From Dimorphilus gyrociliatus (Eukaryota > Animalia > Annelida): DNA of 64,000 bases. The notes beneath the pieces are model-generated. The model ran no database searches. It saw nothing but the letters and a program-made list of their open reading frames with translations, and was not told the DNA's origin. The stretch lies in NCBI GenBank assembly GCA_904063045.1, contig CAJFCJ010000011.1:620001-684000 (forward strand), read 5' to 3'. Both the position numbers and the translations under genes were made by a program. Below, piece after piece: positions 1 through 11,583 of the stretch; positions within the stretch are counted from its first letter, which is position 1, and each line of letters starts with the position of its first letter.

Positions 1-2
1 AT

Positions 3-1404
3 ATTGATGAAAGTGCAAATAGCATTCAACAATCGAAGGAGAAAGAGGCAATTAACATTCGTGAGGAAAATTTGATAATTAATGAAAACCCAGCAGAAAA
101 TAACGATAAAGACGATAATGCTATGATCCAAGACAATATAGATGATAAGACATCTCCGAAAAGTCCCTTAGCCCTTGAAATAAAAAAAGAGAAAAAAAAC
201 AAGCGTAAATTTTGGAAACGAAATCATAAGCCTTCAAACATAGAGGATAAATCTTCCAGAGAAGACTCAAAAAGACGATCTAAAAAACGAAATTTACTTA
301 TCAAATGTTTAATTGGAGGGGGAACAAATTCTTCAATTGATCTCAGTCGACAAGAAGTCAAAGTTAATGAAGAAAAAAAACAATCAGTTATTGAACTTAT
401 TGATAAGATAAGATCAGAGGAAAATATCTTGAAACCCCAGTCCAAAAAGAGTAATATATCTATGAACTCGTCAAAAACTTCTATTAAATCAAAGAGATCA
501 CAAGCTCTACTGTCTAACAGACAGAGATCTATGGGAAGTATAAACTTGCTTTCACAGAAGGAAAGAGAAGAGAAGGAGCAGGAGGATAAAAAAAAAGATG
601 AAGAAGAAGAGAAGAAAAAAGTCTCAAAATCTAATAAGAAAAAATTTTTTAATTTCAAACCAAGAAAAATTATTACAAAGCATCCTAAGAAGTCAGATTT
701 AAAAAAACGTGCTAGTGTTCGCCTATCGGAAGGATCTCGAACAGTAAGGAAAGCAAGAGAATGTAATGAAACTGAGGAAGCGCTCTTCACTATGATCTCA
801 CAGGGAAGTCAAACTGCTCAGAAAAATCCTCATAGTGAAATTTGTGAAAAAATAAGTCCATTTTCCGTTAATGAACCTCAATCCCTCAGGGAAGATATTG
901 TTAACGAAATAGAACGTCGTATTATTCAAGAAGCTACTTTACATAAATACCTTGCCCTATGGTAAAAACTTAATATTTTCTTATTATTTTACCGTATAAT
1001 GATTTACTACCCAAAAAAACATAGGAGAAACGAAGAGGAAACTAACAAAAGGATGGATCTTTTAAGTGAAATGCTTAAAAGAATGGAAGAAATAGAATCG
1101 GAAATGATGAGAACTAGTTTACCTCCCGCTCAGGCTAAAAAGACAGATCTTACAATGACTGTATTCGAAAATTCTCCACTACAAGGTTTGCTAAATATTT
1201 TTCGATACTTTTTGTTATTAATTTAAACATTTCTCATTATATATAGATTTATACAAAGAATTTATAAATGATAGATCAAAGCTTAAAGCGAAATATGACA
1301 TGATAACTAACAATGTGCAAAAACAAGCCGTACTTGAAAGCGTGGATGAGATTATTAAAAGTTATACTTTATTTAAGAAGGCATTGGAAGCAAAGATTGT
1401 ATAA
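3..1404 (+). CDS. Uncharacterised Lys/Glu/Ser-rich protein, 5'-partial (frame open from window start); 3 exons visible (..961, 1025-1185, 1247-1404)
   Basis: ORF 72-965 is open back to base 3. GT-AG introns 962-1024 and 1186-1246 keep the frame to TAA at 1402-1404. No recognisable domain. Confidence 0.6.
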
Positions 1405-1453
1405 TGTGCAAAAGAATAATATCTAATAAACTGTCAATCCTCACTCTTTCTCC

Positions 1454-1474
1454 CTCTCTCTCTCTCTCTCTCTC
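1454..1474. repeat. (CT)n microsatellite in putative 3' UTR
   Basis: About 10 CT units read directly. Confidence 0.9.
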
Positions 1475-2115
1475 TTTTGAAGTATTATCTCAATGAAAAT
1501 AATAAAGTTTTTGTAAATTGTCTTTAATAAAAATTTGAAATGATTATTATAAAGTTTAGGAAAGCGATATTAAAAAAGTTGGTTATAAATTAATATGCAT
1601 TTATTAATAGTAAATGAATAGAAAAATACTTGAAAATCAAATATTTAATCTTAATTAGCAATAACAATTCAATTTGAATTCGTACTCTTTCACCGAGCTT
1701 ATTGATCTGTGCCAAAGTACAAAGAATATTTGAATATTATCAATAAAAGGAGAGCTAAAGTATTTATAAAAACTTATACTTATTGTTAAGCCAAACATAT
1801 TTTTTTCTTTTGGTTACAATTGTTTATATAAGTTCAAAGGACTCGTAATAAAAATTGTAGTTATATACGATTATAAACCATTTAATCTACTATACACGTT
1901 ATCTTCTTTTCTCTTTTTCTATATTTATCTTTCCAGCAAGTCGTTAAATGTAGCTAAAATCACGAACTGGAATATCTATTTAACGAAGTAAATAAATCAT
2001 TATAAGTTTATAATGAATTTAAATTTTAAACTAGTAATTAATTAAAAACAATAACACAACTACATACATAAATATAGATAATATACGTTTAGAAGATAAT
2101 AGAAATTGATATAGC

Positions 2116-2472
2116 ATGTGTTGGCATACAGAGTTTCAAGGAAGTTCTGGTAAGTATACTTGAATTAAACTATTATTTCCATATTATACATCCATTGGGA
2201 CGTTTCATCTTACTTTATTAGAAGACTTTCAAGAGCGAATTGACAGCATTCGTAAGCCATTTCACGGGCCAATGCTATTATTTGTGGGAATTATAGGCTC
2301 TATTGTCTGTATCTTTATATATAGGTTTACTGTATCCCTTCTAAACATATGTTGTGAAAAAGTTGATAACATTCCTAAAGACGAAGAACAAGAAGTTTTC
2401 TTTCGAGCTTGGTCAAAGAACTTAAAATCTCCACTTAATCGAGATATAAAAAAAGTAGATACAATAAAATAA
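2116..2472 (+). CDS. Small single-pass membrane protein (~94 aa; 5' end may extend upstream)
   Basis: ATG 2116, donor GTAAGT at 2150, acceptor TTAG at 2221, in frame with ORF 2272-2472. Hydrophobic segment MLLFVGIIGSIVCIFIY. AATAAA overlaps the stop. Confidence 0.5.
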
Positions 2473-2706
2473 AAAAATATATATGCGAATTGAATATTAT
2501 ATCTATTGTCCATTTTATTACAATTTATTTCATTATGCTTCTATTTATGGTAATCGTCATCCTTGCGCAATATTCATAATATTGTCATCATCATTCCTCT
2601 TCAAATGTAAAATTAGAAATCTTGCTGTAAATTTGATAATTTTAAAAAAAAAAACAGAAACAAATTTCGTAACGCCATCTGTATTATTTTTATTGCTGGA
2701 GAGGCC

Positions 2707-2716
2707 GCGCATGCGC
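2707..2716. promoter_or_regulatory. NRF1/Erect-wing-type palindrome GCGCATGCGC in the MLF promoter
   Basis: Exact match to the NRF1 core consensus ~120 nt upstream of the MLF ATG. Confidence 0.55.
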
Positions 2717-2834
2717 ACATGTTTTGTATATGTGACCAGACTGCCATAAGAGAAATATAAACAGTGATCTATAGAACATTCTAGAAATCGAAATTACATA
2801 CAGGAAGATAGCTCTACTTGCAAAATAATCCGCA

Positions 2835-3701
2835 ATGTTTGGACACAACCTTTTTGGATCTTTCGAAGGCGATCCGTTTTTCATGTTAGTAATACTTATC
2901 AGCCATCTTTTGTAGTAATTATGCAAGTGTTCGTATAACCGATTTTCGTCTCGTTTCCAGGGATCATCGAGATCATGTGCGAATGATGAATGATATGATG
3001 TCTCGACACTTTCAACCTTTCGGACAACAACTTTCTCTTGAGAATTCACGCCCTAACAATCAAAGGCAAATGGCTATGAGAACTCACGATCCCTTTTCCA
3101 TGTTCAATCATATGAACAGCTTCATGGGGAATTTTCACTCAATGTTTGATGAAGTGAACCGTCAAATGGTTAGTAGCTAATTTTCACCCATTTCTATAGT
3201 ATTAAAAGAAGTATTTGCAGCGGGACCCAAGTAGAGGTGGAGGTGGAGCAGTCTACCAACAGTCTACTGTAATGACTTATTCGAATGATGGATCGGGAGC
3301 AGCTCCAAAAGTTTTTCAAGCAACTTCAAGCACAAGAACTGGTCCGGGAGGCGTGAAAGAAACGAGAAAATCTGTAAGAGATTCAAGTAGAGGAGTTGAA
3401 AAGATGGCTATTGGACATCATATCGGGGACAGAGCACATATCATTGAAAGAAAAAAGAATACCAAAACGGGAGATATGGAAGAAAACAAGGATCTTATTA
3501 ATTTGGATGAGGGTACATAAATTTTTCTCAAAATCCATATTCCTTTAGTAATACACTAATTTTTGTTTAGACGAAGCCCCCGATTTCGAGAGAGAATTTA
3601 GAGAAAAGGCCCATGGAAGTTCCTCCCGTCATCACCATTCTGTTCGCACTGGCAGGTACGGTCATCCTGCTTTGGAGTACACACCATATAAACGAAATTA
3701 A
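2835..3701 (+). CDS. MLF: Myeloid leukemia factor (MLF) family protein; exons 2835-2884, 2961-3168, 3221-3512, 3571-3701 (possible alternative last exon 3846-3912)
   Basis: N-terminus MFGHNLFGSFEGDPFF resembles MLF F.DDPFF. Core ATSSTRTGPGGVKETRKSVRDS..GVEKMAIGHHIGDRAHIIERKKN.KTGDMEE matches the Mlf1IP domain. Confidence 0.92.
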
Positions 3702-4266
3702 ATTAATATAATTTACATTTTGTTTGAAACATAAATTAAGGTGATATAAAAAAAATATGTTGTATTAGGGCTCCTTTTAGTGAGATTGTATGCTAATATA
3801 CAGTCGCCTTGCCTGGGATTAAGTAACAACATTCTTTTGTTTCAGGGGAGACAAAGTTATGAAATCCCTTCCAGATTCAAGGCGACGTAATAATAAACGC
3901 TTTGAACATTGAGAACGAGAGGTATGAGAAAACAAGCATAAAAAACAACTAAAAGGTAAAATGAAGAAGATATTTATTTTATTCAACAGTATTGACTTGA
4001 CCTTACTTGGTATAACTTAAGCAATATCAAATTATTGAAGTTTGTTTTTGCAAACCTTTCTTTTCTCTCTGTTTTTATCATCTGAATCTTTTATGGGCAA
4101 AAATTTATATGTATTTTATTAAATAAAGATTTAAGCTAAGTGATTATTACATGACTGACTCATTGTTTTACTTATTATTTGAAAAGTTAGCAGATTTCAA
4201 TCAAATTGCACTTTTAGTTAACATTTCCAAATGAAGACTAGTTCATATAGCATTTATCGTACAATT

Positions 4267-4807
4267 TTAGTCAGGAATTTGAATGAATAAAGTAGTTTTA
4301 TCGGCGAGATCAACATCATGTAAAGAAAGTTCCATATCTCTCAGAATCGAACGATTATGTGGATTAAACAGTTCATAATTACAAAAGTCTTCATTGGAAT
4401 AATTGGAAGCAAATTTTAATAATTCCAATAGTTTGTCATTTCGGTTGAATCTTCGCTGTATCCGTTCCCCATTAAGAAGCTTCAGCGCAATGTGTAGGCT
4501 ATTTGCATCTGGCTCAGATGAAAGATTATAGGGAGTAAACGGTCTTTCACCATTAATATCAGGTAAAACAGAGTAGCGAGATAGAGCGGAACTGGTTGGT
4601 CTTGACTGCACTCGATTGATATCTGAATCGACTTTAAATCATAAATTGTATTTTTACATAACTTGGCAAAAGAGTGTTACCTGAGTCAAGTGATTGTCGT
4701 GACGATTTTCGTCTTCTGAAGTTCCTCCTAGACATATTTTTAATCGGTGGAGGTTCGTTTGGTGGAGTAGGGTTCAATGGGTTATGATGTGGATGAGACA
4801 CAGACAT
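4267..4807 (-). CDS. UBXN10: UBX-domain protein, UBXN10-like; exons 4807-4681 and 4622-4267
   Basis: C-terminal UBX fold (IALKLLNGERIQRRFNRNDKL...). The upstream motif SALSRYSVLPDIN resembles the UBXN10 S..KY.VLPSI motif. The 58-nt intron 4623-4680 is in frame. Confidence 0.7.
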
Positions 4808-5606
4808 TGTTGGAAGTATAATAGTAGAAAATCAGTTATCACAATATTTGGACGGAATATTATAAAGCAGTATCATAATATTAAAAGTTCATTGTCATCT
4901 TTTTTACACTTCAAAAGAGAGTGTAAAAACCAGTTAAGTCGCCATGAATGTTTACGTGCGATACGGGCTAAATATAGTTCTACTTTTATTGTGGTGTCCT
5001 TACAGCATTAATTTGTAAAACAAAACCTTTTTCATTTTCGATTATCTACCTTAAGACTATATTATTTAGGAAAATATTCAAATAATAATAAATTTAAATA
5101 AGCTGGAAAGACACACACATCTTAGATAAATTTAGATTAAGTATATCTTTAAAAATTTTAATTCCTTTTAAGAAAAAGAGTTAGTTTAGATATGTCAATC
5201 TTTGTATTTCAAATAGATTATAATTTCTGATTTATGATTTAATATGATATAATAACATTAATACTGTAACGATTATACGCCTTTTAGATTACATTTAGTT
5301 TTTGATAAAATATTATTACAATTTATATTAATTTAAAATATCTAGATATAGATTGCATAACAATCAATCGAAAAAATCATGAAAAATAAATGCAAATATT
5401 TCAAAACATTATGTAGTATAAAAATACACTTTAAGTTGATTTCTTTTATGGAATCAGTTTGGATTTGGAAATTTCTGTGATTGTTAGATTTCCCTCATGG
5501 GTGCTATATTGCAATGGTGATTATTGGTCATGGAATTTTGTTTGTCCAAGAACATCAGTTTTTTCTTTTTCTTTTTATTTTTACCCTTGTGTTCATTCTG
5601 GAGTTT

Positions 5607-8600
5607 TTAAATTGCAATATTATAAGAAAAAGCTATTTTATGAGTTATTCGGGAACTTACCTTGTTCATTTTCTCGATATTAGAGCTCTTTTTTTCCGGG
5701 AAACCAAAATTATTTTTGTAGTGAAGAACATCTAGATCATCTTTCGTTCGTTTTTCAGGTAGAGAAAATTCCTTTTTTCTTGGTGTAGAATCTATTGAAT
5801 TCCTTCTACGATTTGTATTAGACTCGATAGAACATGTTGATGAAGTTGATCTTATCCTTGCAGATGAATGAGTTGATTGAGCTTTCCCTTTAAATAAAAA
5901 CCATACAATGAAACATATCATAACTTCGAAAAAATGAAAGTGCCATTGACGATCTATTCTTAGATGAGCTTTTTCGAGAAGCATTGTAGCATTTCTAACA
6001 ACAAATTTCAAAGCAACAATTTCTCGATGCGATCGCTCAATTTGTTCTCTTTGCTTTTGTTCTCTTGCAGTAAATGCCTTGGTCATATTAATTATTTTAG
6101 AATTTAACATTTGGTGAGTCTCTTCCATTTTCTTCCGATATCTTTGGCTAAGCTCCTCCAAATATCTAGAGGTTAAATGGAGATCCAGCTCCAACTCTTT
6201 TATTTTACTCCTAAGACGATTTACCGCGGCAAGCTTCTTGTCATAAGGCAATTTAACTGTTCCTTCCTCGGTCTCAGTTTCATCTACTGTCTTTTCCGGC
6301 TTATCTTTGCTTTCATCTGCATATATATGTTGTTCTGTAGCATTTTTCTCTAATTCCTCAACAGACATCGTAGTGTTCTCTTCTAAAACTACAGAATTTT
6401 CAAGTGTTGATTCTATTGGCTTATCTAACTCGCTACTGGATAATGTACTTGATATGTCGTCGTCAACGCTCTTTTCAATTGGAGGATTTGAAACGACAGA
6501 GGTTGGCCTAATTTGGGCAGTGTCTGGACCGAGGGTAGAAGTGTAGACCTCTTCGTTTGATGAGAAAGTTGATTGAGTGGCTTCAATTTCTAAATTCTCA
6601 GACGATTGTGTCGAAAGCACTTGTTCTTGTTTTGATGAAAACAATTCCTTAGTTTCTGTTGACATATCTACAGATGAAGATTTTTCCTCCTCTAAAGAAG
6701 ATGAAATAGTTGATGACTCTATTTCAGAAGATGTAACAGTTAATTCAAGTGAGCTTGTTGTTTGGCTTAAGGAGGGCTCAACCACTATTGAAGCAGTAGG
6801 TGAATTTTCTATAGCTGATAATGTAGAAGAATCTGTTTTGAGAAGTATTTCTGTGCTAGATAAGTCTGGTACACTGGACACACAGCAAACAGATAGTCCA
6901 ATAAAAATTTCAAAGTATCGGCATAAGAAAACTGAAGGAAAGTATGAACATTGAAAAGATGAGTCAAGATGAACAGGATTTTCACAATTCCAGCATATGT
7001 TTTTTAAATTATCCAGAAAAAAGCCGTGTGTTGCAGATTTGGATATTGCGATAGGAATTTCAGGGCAATTTGTGGTTTTATTTATCACTTTGTTGTCCTC
7101 ATTTGTCCCATTTGAACTAAAACATTTAAAAAATTGTGAATGAGAATGTTTGACATCATATACTTACGTTGCATTAGGGGCACAGGGACCAGAAAAAGTA
7201 CCATTTGAATTTAGGGAAGTGGAATTGTTTTCCATAGTTTCATTACTATTAGCAGAATTTTTTGTATTGAATCCATCTTTGCCTCCTTCCTCTTCTTTCG
7301 AGAGCATTTTATGCATTAGGCCTATTACAGTATCCTTCGCTGTTTTAAAAAGAGTAGGAGATTTCTCATTTGGTGGAACAACATTAGCATTGTCATCTTC
7401 CTGATTGTTTTCTACTTGGTCAGGTTCAATTGTATCAGAATCATCATAATCATCTGTTATACCATAAACTCTCAAAACACTTACAGGACAGTAATGCTCC
7501 TTTCCAAAGTGTTCCATCATGTCAATTCTTATATATTTTGTAAAAGTTTCAATACTACTAGGCGGAAGAACAATGTTGAAAAGTTGTACATCCCTTAACT
7601 CCCTTGCATGAAAAATACCTAAACTTTTCCACTCTTTTGTTGGCCATCTTTCACTAACTTTCACACTGAAAGTCTTTGGCAAGGAACTGAACAATTCATA
7701 ACTTCCTAATTTAATTGCTCTCACAGCAATGCTTTCACAAAGTTCAACAGTAAAGAATTTTTTGGCAGAACAAGGAGAGTTCATGTAGGAGTCCTTATTT
7801 TCAGTTAATATAGCATGAACATTTGATGAATCAGTGTTGGAATTCAAAATTTTTGCTCCACAACGTGAAGATGCATAATTAACACCATTAGTTTTCCTTT
7901 TGCCACTATTTGCACCATTATTGTTTAAAATACCATTTTGGTTATTTGTGTTAGCCACATTTGACTCTGAGGGAGGTAAATTAGTATTACTAGGGGTGCT
8001 ATGTATAATAGGACCTTTATTTTTCTCTGCCTCCAACTCTTTCTGTCGCCACTCTTCAAATGATGGCAATTCTTCTTGAGATGATTTAGCTGTTTCTTCA
8101 GCATTAGCTATTGATATTTCATCAGTCTCCTTATTAGGAGATTTTGAAGTACTTTCTTTATCAATAGAACTCCCAGTTTCTTTGTCTACTGATTTATCTG
8201 TTTGAGAGTCAGTCTCCGGTCCCTTAGCACTTTCTATCTCCTCCTTTCCAGTATCAGTATCTACTGTTACAACTTGTTCAGAGATTATTTCCGTTTGAAT
8301 GTCCTCTGTTAGAATTGCTTGATCTACTGGGGAAGATTGAATATTTGGATTGGGAATCTGTGGATCTGATGGAACTGCATTGATGCTGGTTTGTAAAGTT
8401 TCTTCAATTTCTGTTGAAACACTCTCCTTTTTTTCTATATTCAGCGATGGATCGTCTTCTGGAGAGCAAGGTTCGATAATTCTAAGAAAGAATAAAAAAC
8501 ATAGCAAACAAGATTAGCATGAACTGTTATTTGAACAAATAGTTACTATTGATTTAATTTATCAAAATAGTGACCAATATTCTAAAGTATTTTAGACGAC

Positions 8601-8913
8601 TAACAATTGTACGAAAGGGATTAAGGCTACTTACTCTACATTTTTTACTGTAGTCTTTTTCTCTTCAGGGTCAATTGATACAGCTTTCCCTCCTAAACCT
8701 TCTGATACAGTGCTTTCAGAATTGGGTGTGGCATCAAACCTTCTTTGAGTGGCATCTGCTCTTTTTACATCTATATCTTCAGCCAATGTATATAACCTTA
8801 AACTAAAATAACAAAATTAAATGAAAGTTGACATAAAAGTTTTACACTTACGTTACGCATAAAATGCCTGACATAATGTTTAAAATCCATATGTACTTGA
8901 TCAAAGACGTCAT
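5607..8913 (-). CDS. SUCO: SUN domain-containing ossification factor (SUCO/Slp1 family), multi-exon
   Basis: Signal-peptide exon from ATG 8913 (MTSLIKYIWILNIMSGILCV). Mid SUN domain NYASSRCGAKIL..KDSYMNSPCS..VELCE..YELFSS..HYCPVSVLRVYG. Coiled coil IKELELDLHLTSRYLEELSQRYRK followed by a TM segment. Confidence 0.93.
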
Positions 8914-9441
8914 ATCGAATTATCTTGTATCTATATCCTTGATACTGTTAACGATATGTCTTTTCGATGGCATTATGCACAGATTTTCATCATTTCGACT
9001 GACGTGTTCTTCCAGGAGGCGCTGAAAGATAAATTCTTTCTACGAAACTGGTCCGAAAAACAGTATTAGAGTGGATCACGATTTATTCAAGATATTATAA
9101 ACGAGAAAACATGTGGGAAATGGAACCAAATAAAATTAAACTGGTTACCCACTCCTCATCCAAAATATTCATGTTCATATGCGTTTGGCCTCGGATTATT
9201 TTATTCTCACTTTAAGCAAAATAGTAAATTGTAGTTTTGCTCCTCGTGGTTTCCTTCAATTAAAAATTAACTTTTAAGATTTAGGATATACGAAATAATT
9301 TACTGTTGAATTGCTAAGACTTATTGATTAGAGTTCACCAAGAAATACAATAGAACTTTTGATTTCTCAAAGCAGAAAATTTGTCTATTTTAAAGAGTTC
9401 GGGAAGACATAATTCGATATTAGGGCGATAATTACGGAAGC

Positions 9442-11161
9442 ATGTCTAACGATATAATTCAATTAAATGATCAAGTCGTTGTACGACGAAACGAACATCT
9501 TAAAATTTTTCGTGTTCGAAAAAATAGGTATGGTCTAAGACTGTTCTCTCAATAGCTTGTCTATTTTATATTTTTTAGGACTATAATCATGGGCAAAATT
9601 AAGTTTCATTTAGACAACTCTATCGGAAAACCTTACGGATCGTCTTTTGAAGTCAAGAATTCACATTTAGTAGATCACAAGTCTTCAAGCGACTCAAACT
9701 GTAAGAAAAAGGATTCTATAAATTCTCTCCAATCAAAAATTTTACTTTCCAGCTGTAAACATACCAGTTAAAGACAATAGAAATCTACGAGATTCTAAGC
9801 TGAATCAAAAACTATCTAGAGAAGATATTCACAGTCTAAAAGATGAAGGTTGTACAGGAGAAGTAGGATATCGTTATAAGATTTATATTTTTCGATGAAA
9901 ACGTTTTACTTCTTCAGGAAATTATTGAAAAGTTAATCGAACATAGTTCGACATTCAATGAAAAAACCGAATATTCTCAAGAGAAGTATGTCAGCAAGAA
10001 GAAAAAAAAGTGAGATAAGAGTAATTTTGTGAGAACGTTTCTGAATTTTTCTGTTTCTTCAGGCATAATCCAATATTCACTATTCTCAAACCCTGTACAA
10101 GATTAATAGCGGAAATGTATTGGAACACAGGTCCACAGAGATTATGGTAAGGCATAAAAGCTTCCTAAAAATTCCGACATTAAAAAAATATTTCAGCAAC
10201 CTTCGTTTCGACACACTTTCTCAAATTCTGGCCTATGGAAATGTTTGTGCAAATAGAAAATTGCTGGTAGTTGATTCAGGAGTAGGATTAGTGTCGGCTG
10301 CAATTTTAGAAAGGATGCAAGGAAAGGGGAGTGTTATACAACTCCACGATTCTTCATGCCCTGTTAAAGCAGCAACAGAATGTTATAACTTCTCAAAAGA
10401 GATATGGGATAGTCTACATTGCATTTCCTTATCTGAGGTTCGTTACATTATGAAACATTGTGTTCAGCTAATTGTTTGGGTTACAGCTTCCAGAAGTTCT
10501 CAAATTCAAGCCTCAAGATGATCCCGAAGACGAAGAAAAAATTGATAATGAAGATGATACAGCTTTATCATTAGCTCAACCTAATAAACGTAAATTTTCG
10601 GAAAGGGTAATTGATCAACACTTTATATCTTTGTAAATCACTATCTGTATGAATAAAAACATTTTAAAGGTAAAAAAGAAGGAAAAAAAATTTGGTATCG
10701 TTAAAGACATACTGGCAGATTCAAATGCTGACGGGTTAGTGATCAAAGATATTTTTCAAACATTGTAGTCCTCTAATCTTTCAGACTTATTGTGGCATCT
10801 AAGTTTCATCCCACTCCAATTGTTTTGAATCTCATTCAGTTTATCGCTCAAAATAGACCTATTGTAATTTTTTGTCAACATATTGAAGTGAGTTGTTTTT
10901 TGTACTCTAATTTTTCACTCAAAATGCATTTTATCAGCCACTTTTGGATTGTTATAACCAACTGAAAAGCAAAGGTAATGTTCTTATGCTTAAAATCTTT
11001 GACATCTTCTTAAGAGAACATCAGGTTTGTTTACAATTGATGAAAGAATGCGGAAAGAGCTTTCGTAACTTTTTCAGGTTCTTCAAAATCGAACTCATCC
11101 CCATATAAACATGAGCAATACTGGTGGCTATTTATTGACTGGAATAACCGTATCGTCGTAA
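9442..11161 (+). CDS. TRMT6: tRNA (adenine58-N1)-methyltransferase non-catalytic subunit TRM6, many short introns
   Basis: MGKIKFHLDNSIGKPYGSSFEV, DNRNL.D, EKYVSKKKK, LRFDTLSQILAYGNV, QVLQNRTHP and C-terminal MSNTGGYLLTG are all Gcd10p/TRM6 hallmarks. Confidence 0.93.
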
Positions 11162-11583
11162 TTTTTCTTTAACCCATAAAAACAAAAATAAAATTTATCT
11201 ACATTCGTTCATGTTCTTGTCATTCATTTTTCGCTAGTCCATAATACTAAAGTTGATCGAAGATAAGTGTCTAAACCTTTGAATCCCCCAATTACCAATT
11301 TGATAATTCTCTCTTCACGAAAGTAACAATTTAAAAGTTGTTTATTAGAAAATTTCTGAAATAACGGGTAAACTATACCAGTTTTCAATATCCTTATTAT
11401 CGTTATTACTATAGTTTAAACCGGGGGATTCTACAAAACGATTTCGACTTTTAGATGAAATATACTGATCTTAAATTATTTACCATATGGTTTCTTTTAG
11501 AATCATAATATAGTAACAGCCAAGAAACAATAAGGGTAGTTCAAAATGAATAATTTTGAGTTAAGGCTTTAGTTTACTGATAA

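Noticed and set aside
224-790. 188-aa antisense ORF (Phe/Leu/Ser-rich)
   Set aside because: Reverse-complement shadow of the Lys/Glu-rich sense exon; no independent evidence.
6307-7404. Plus-strand ORFs 6307-6546, 6577-6954 and 7150-7404
   Set aside because: Antisense shadows of low-complexity SUCO exons.
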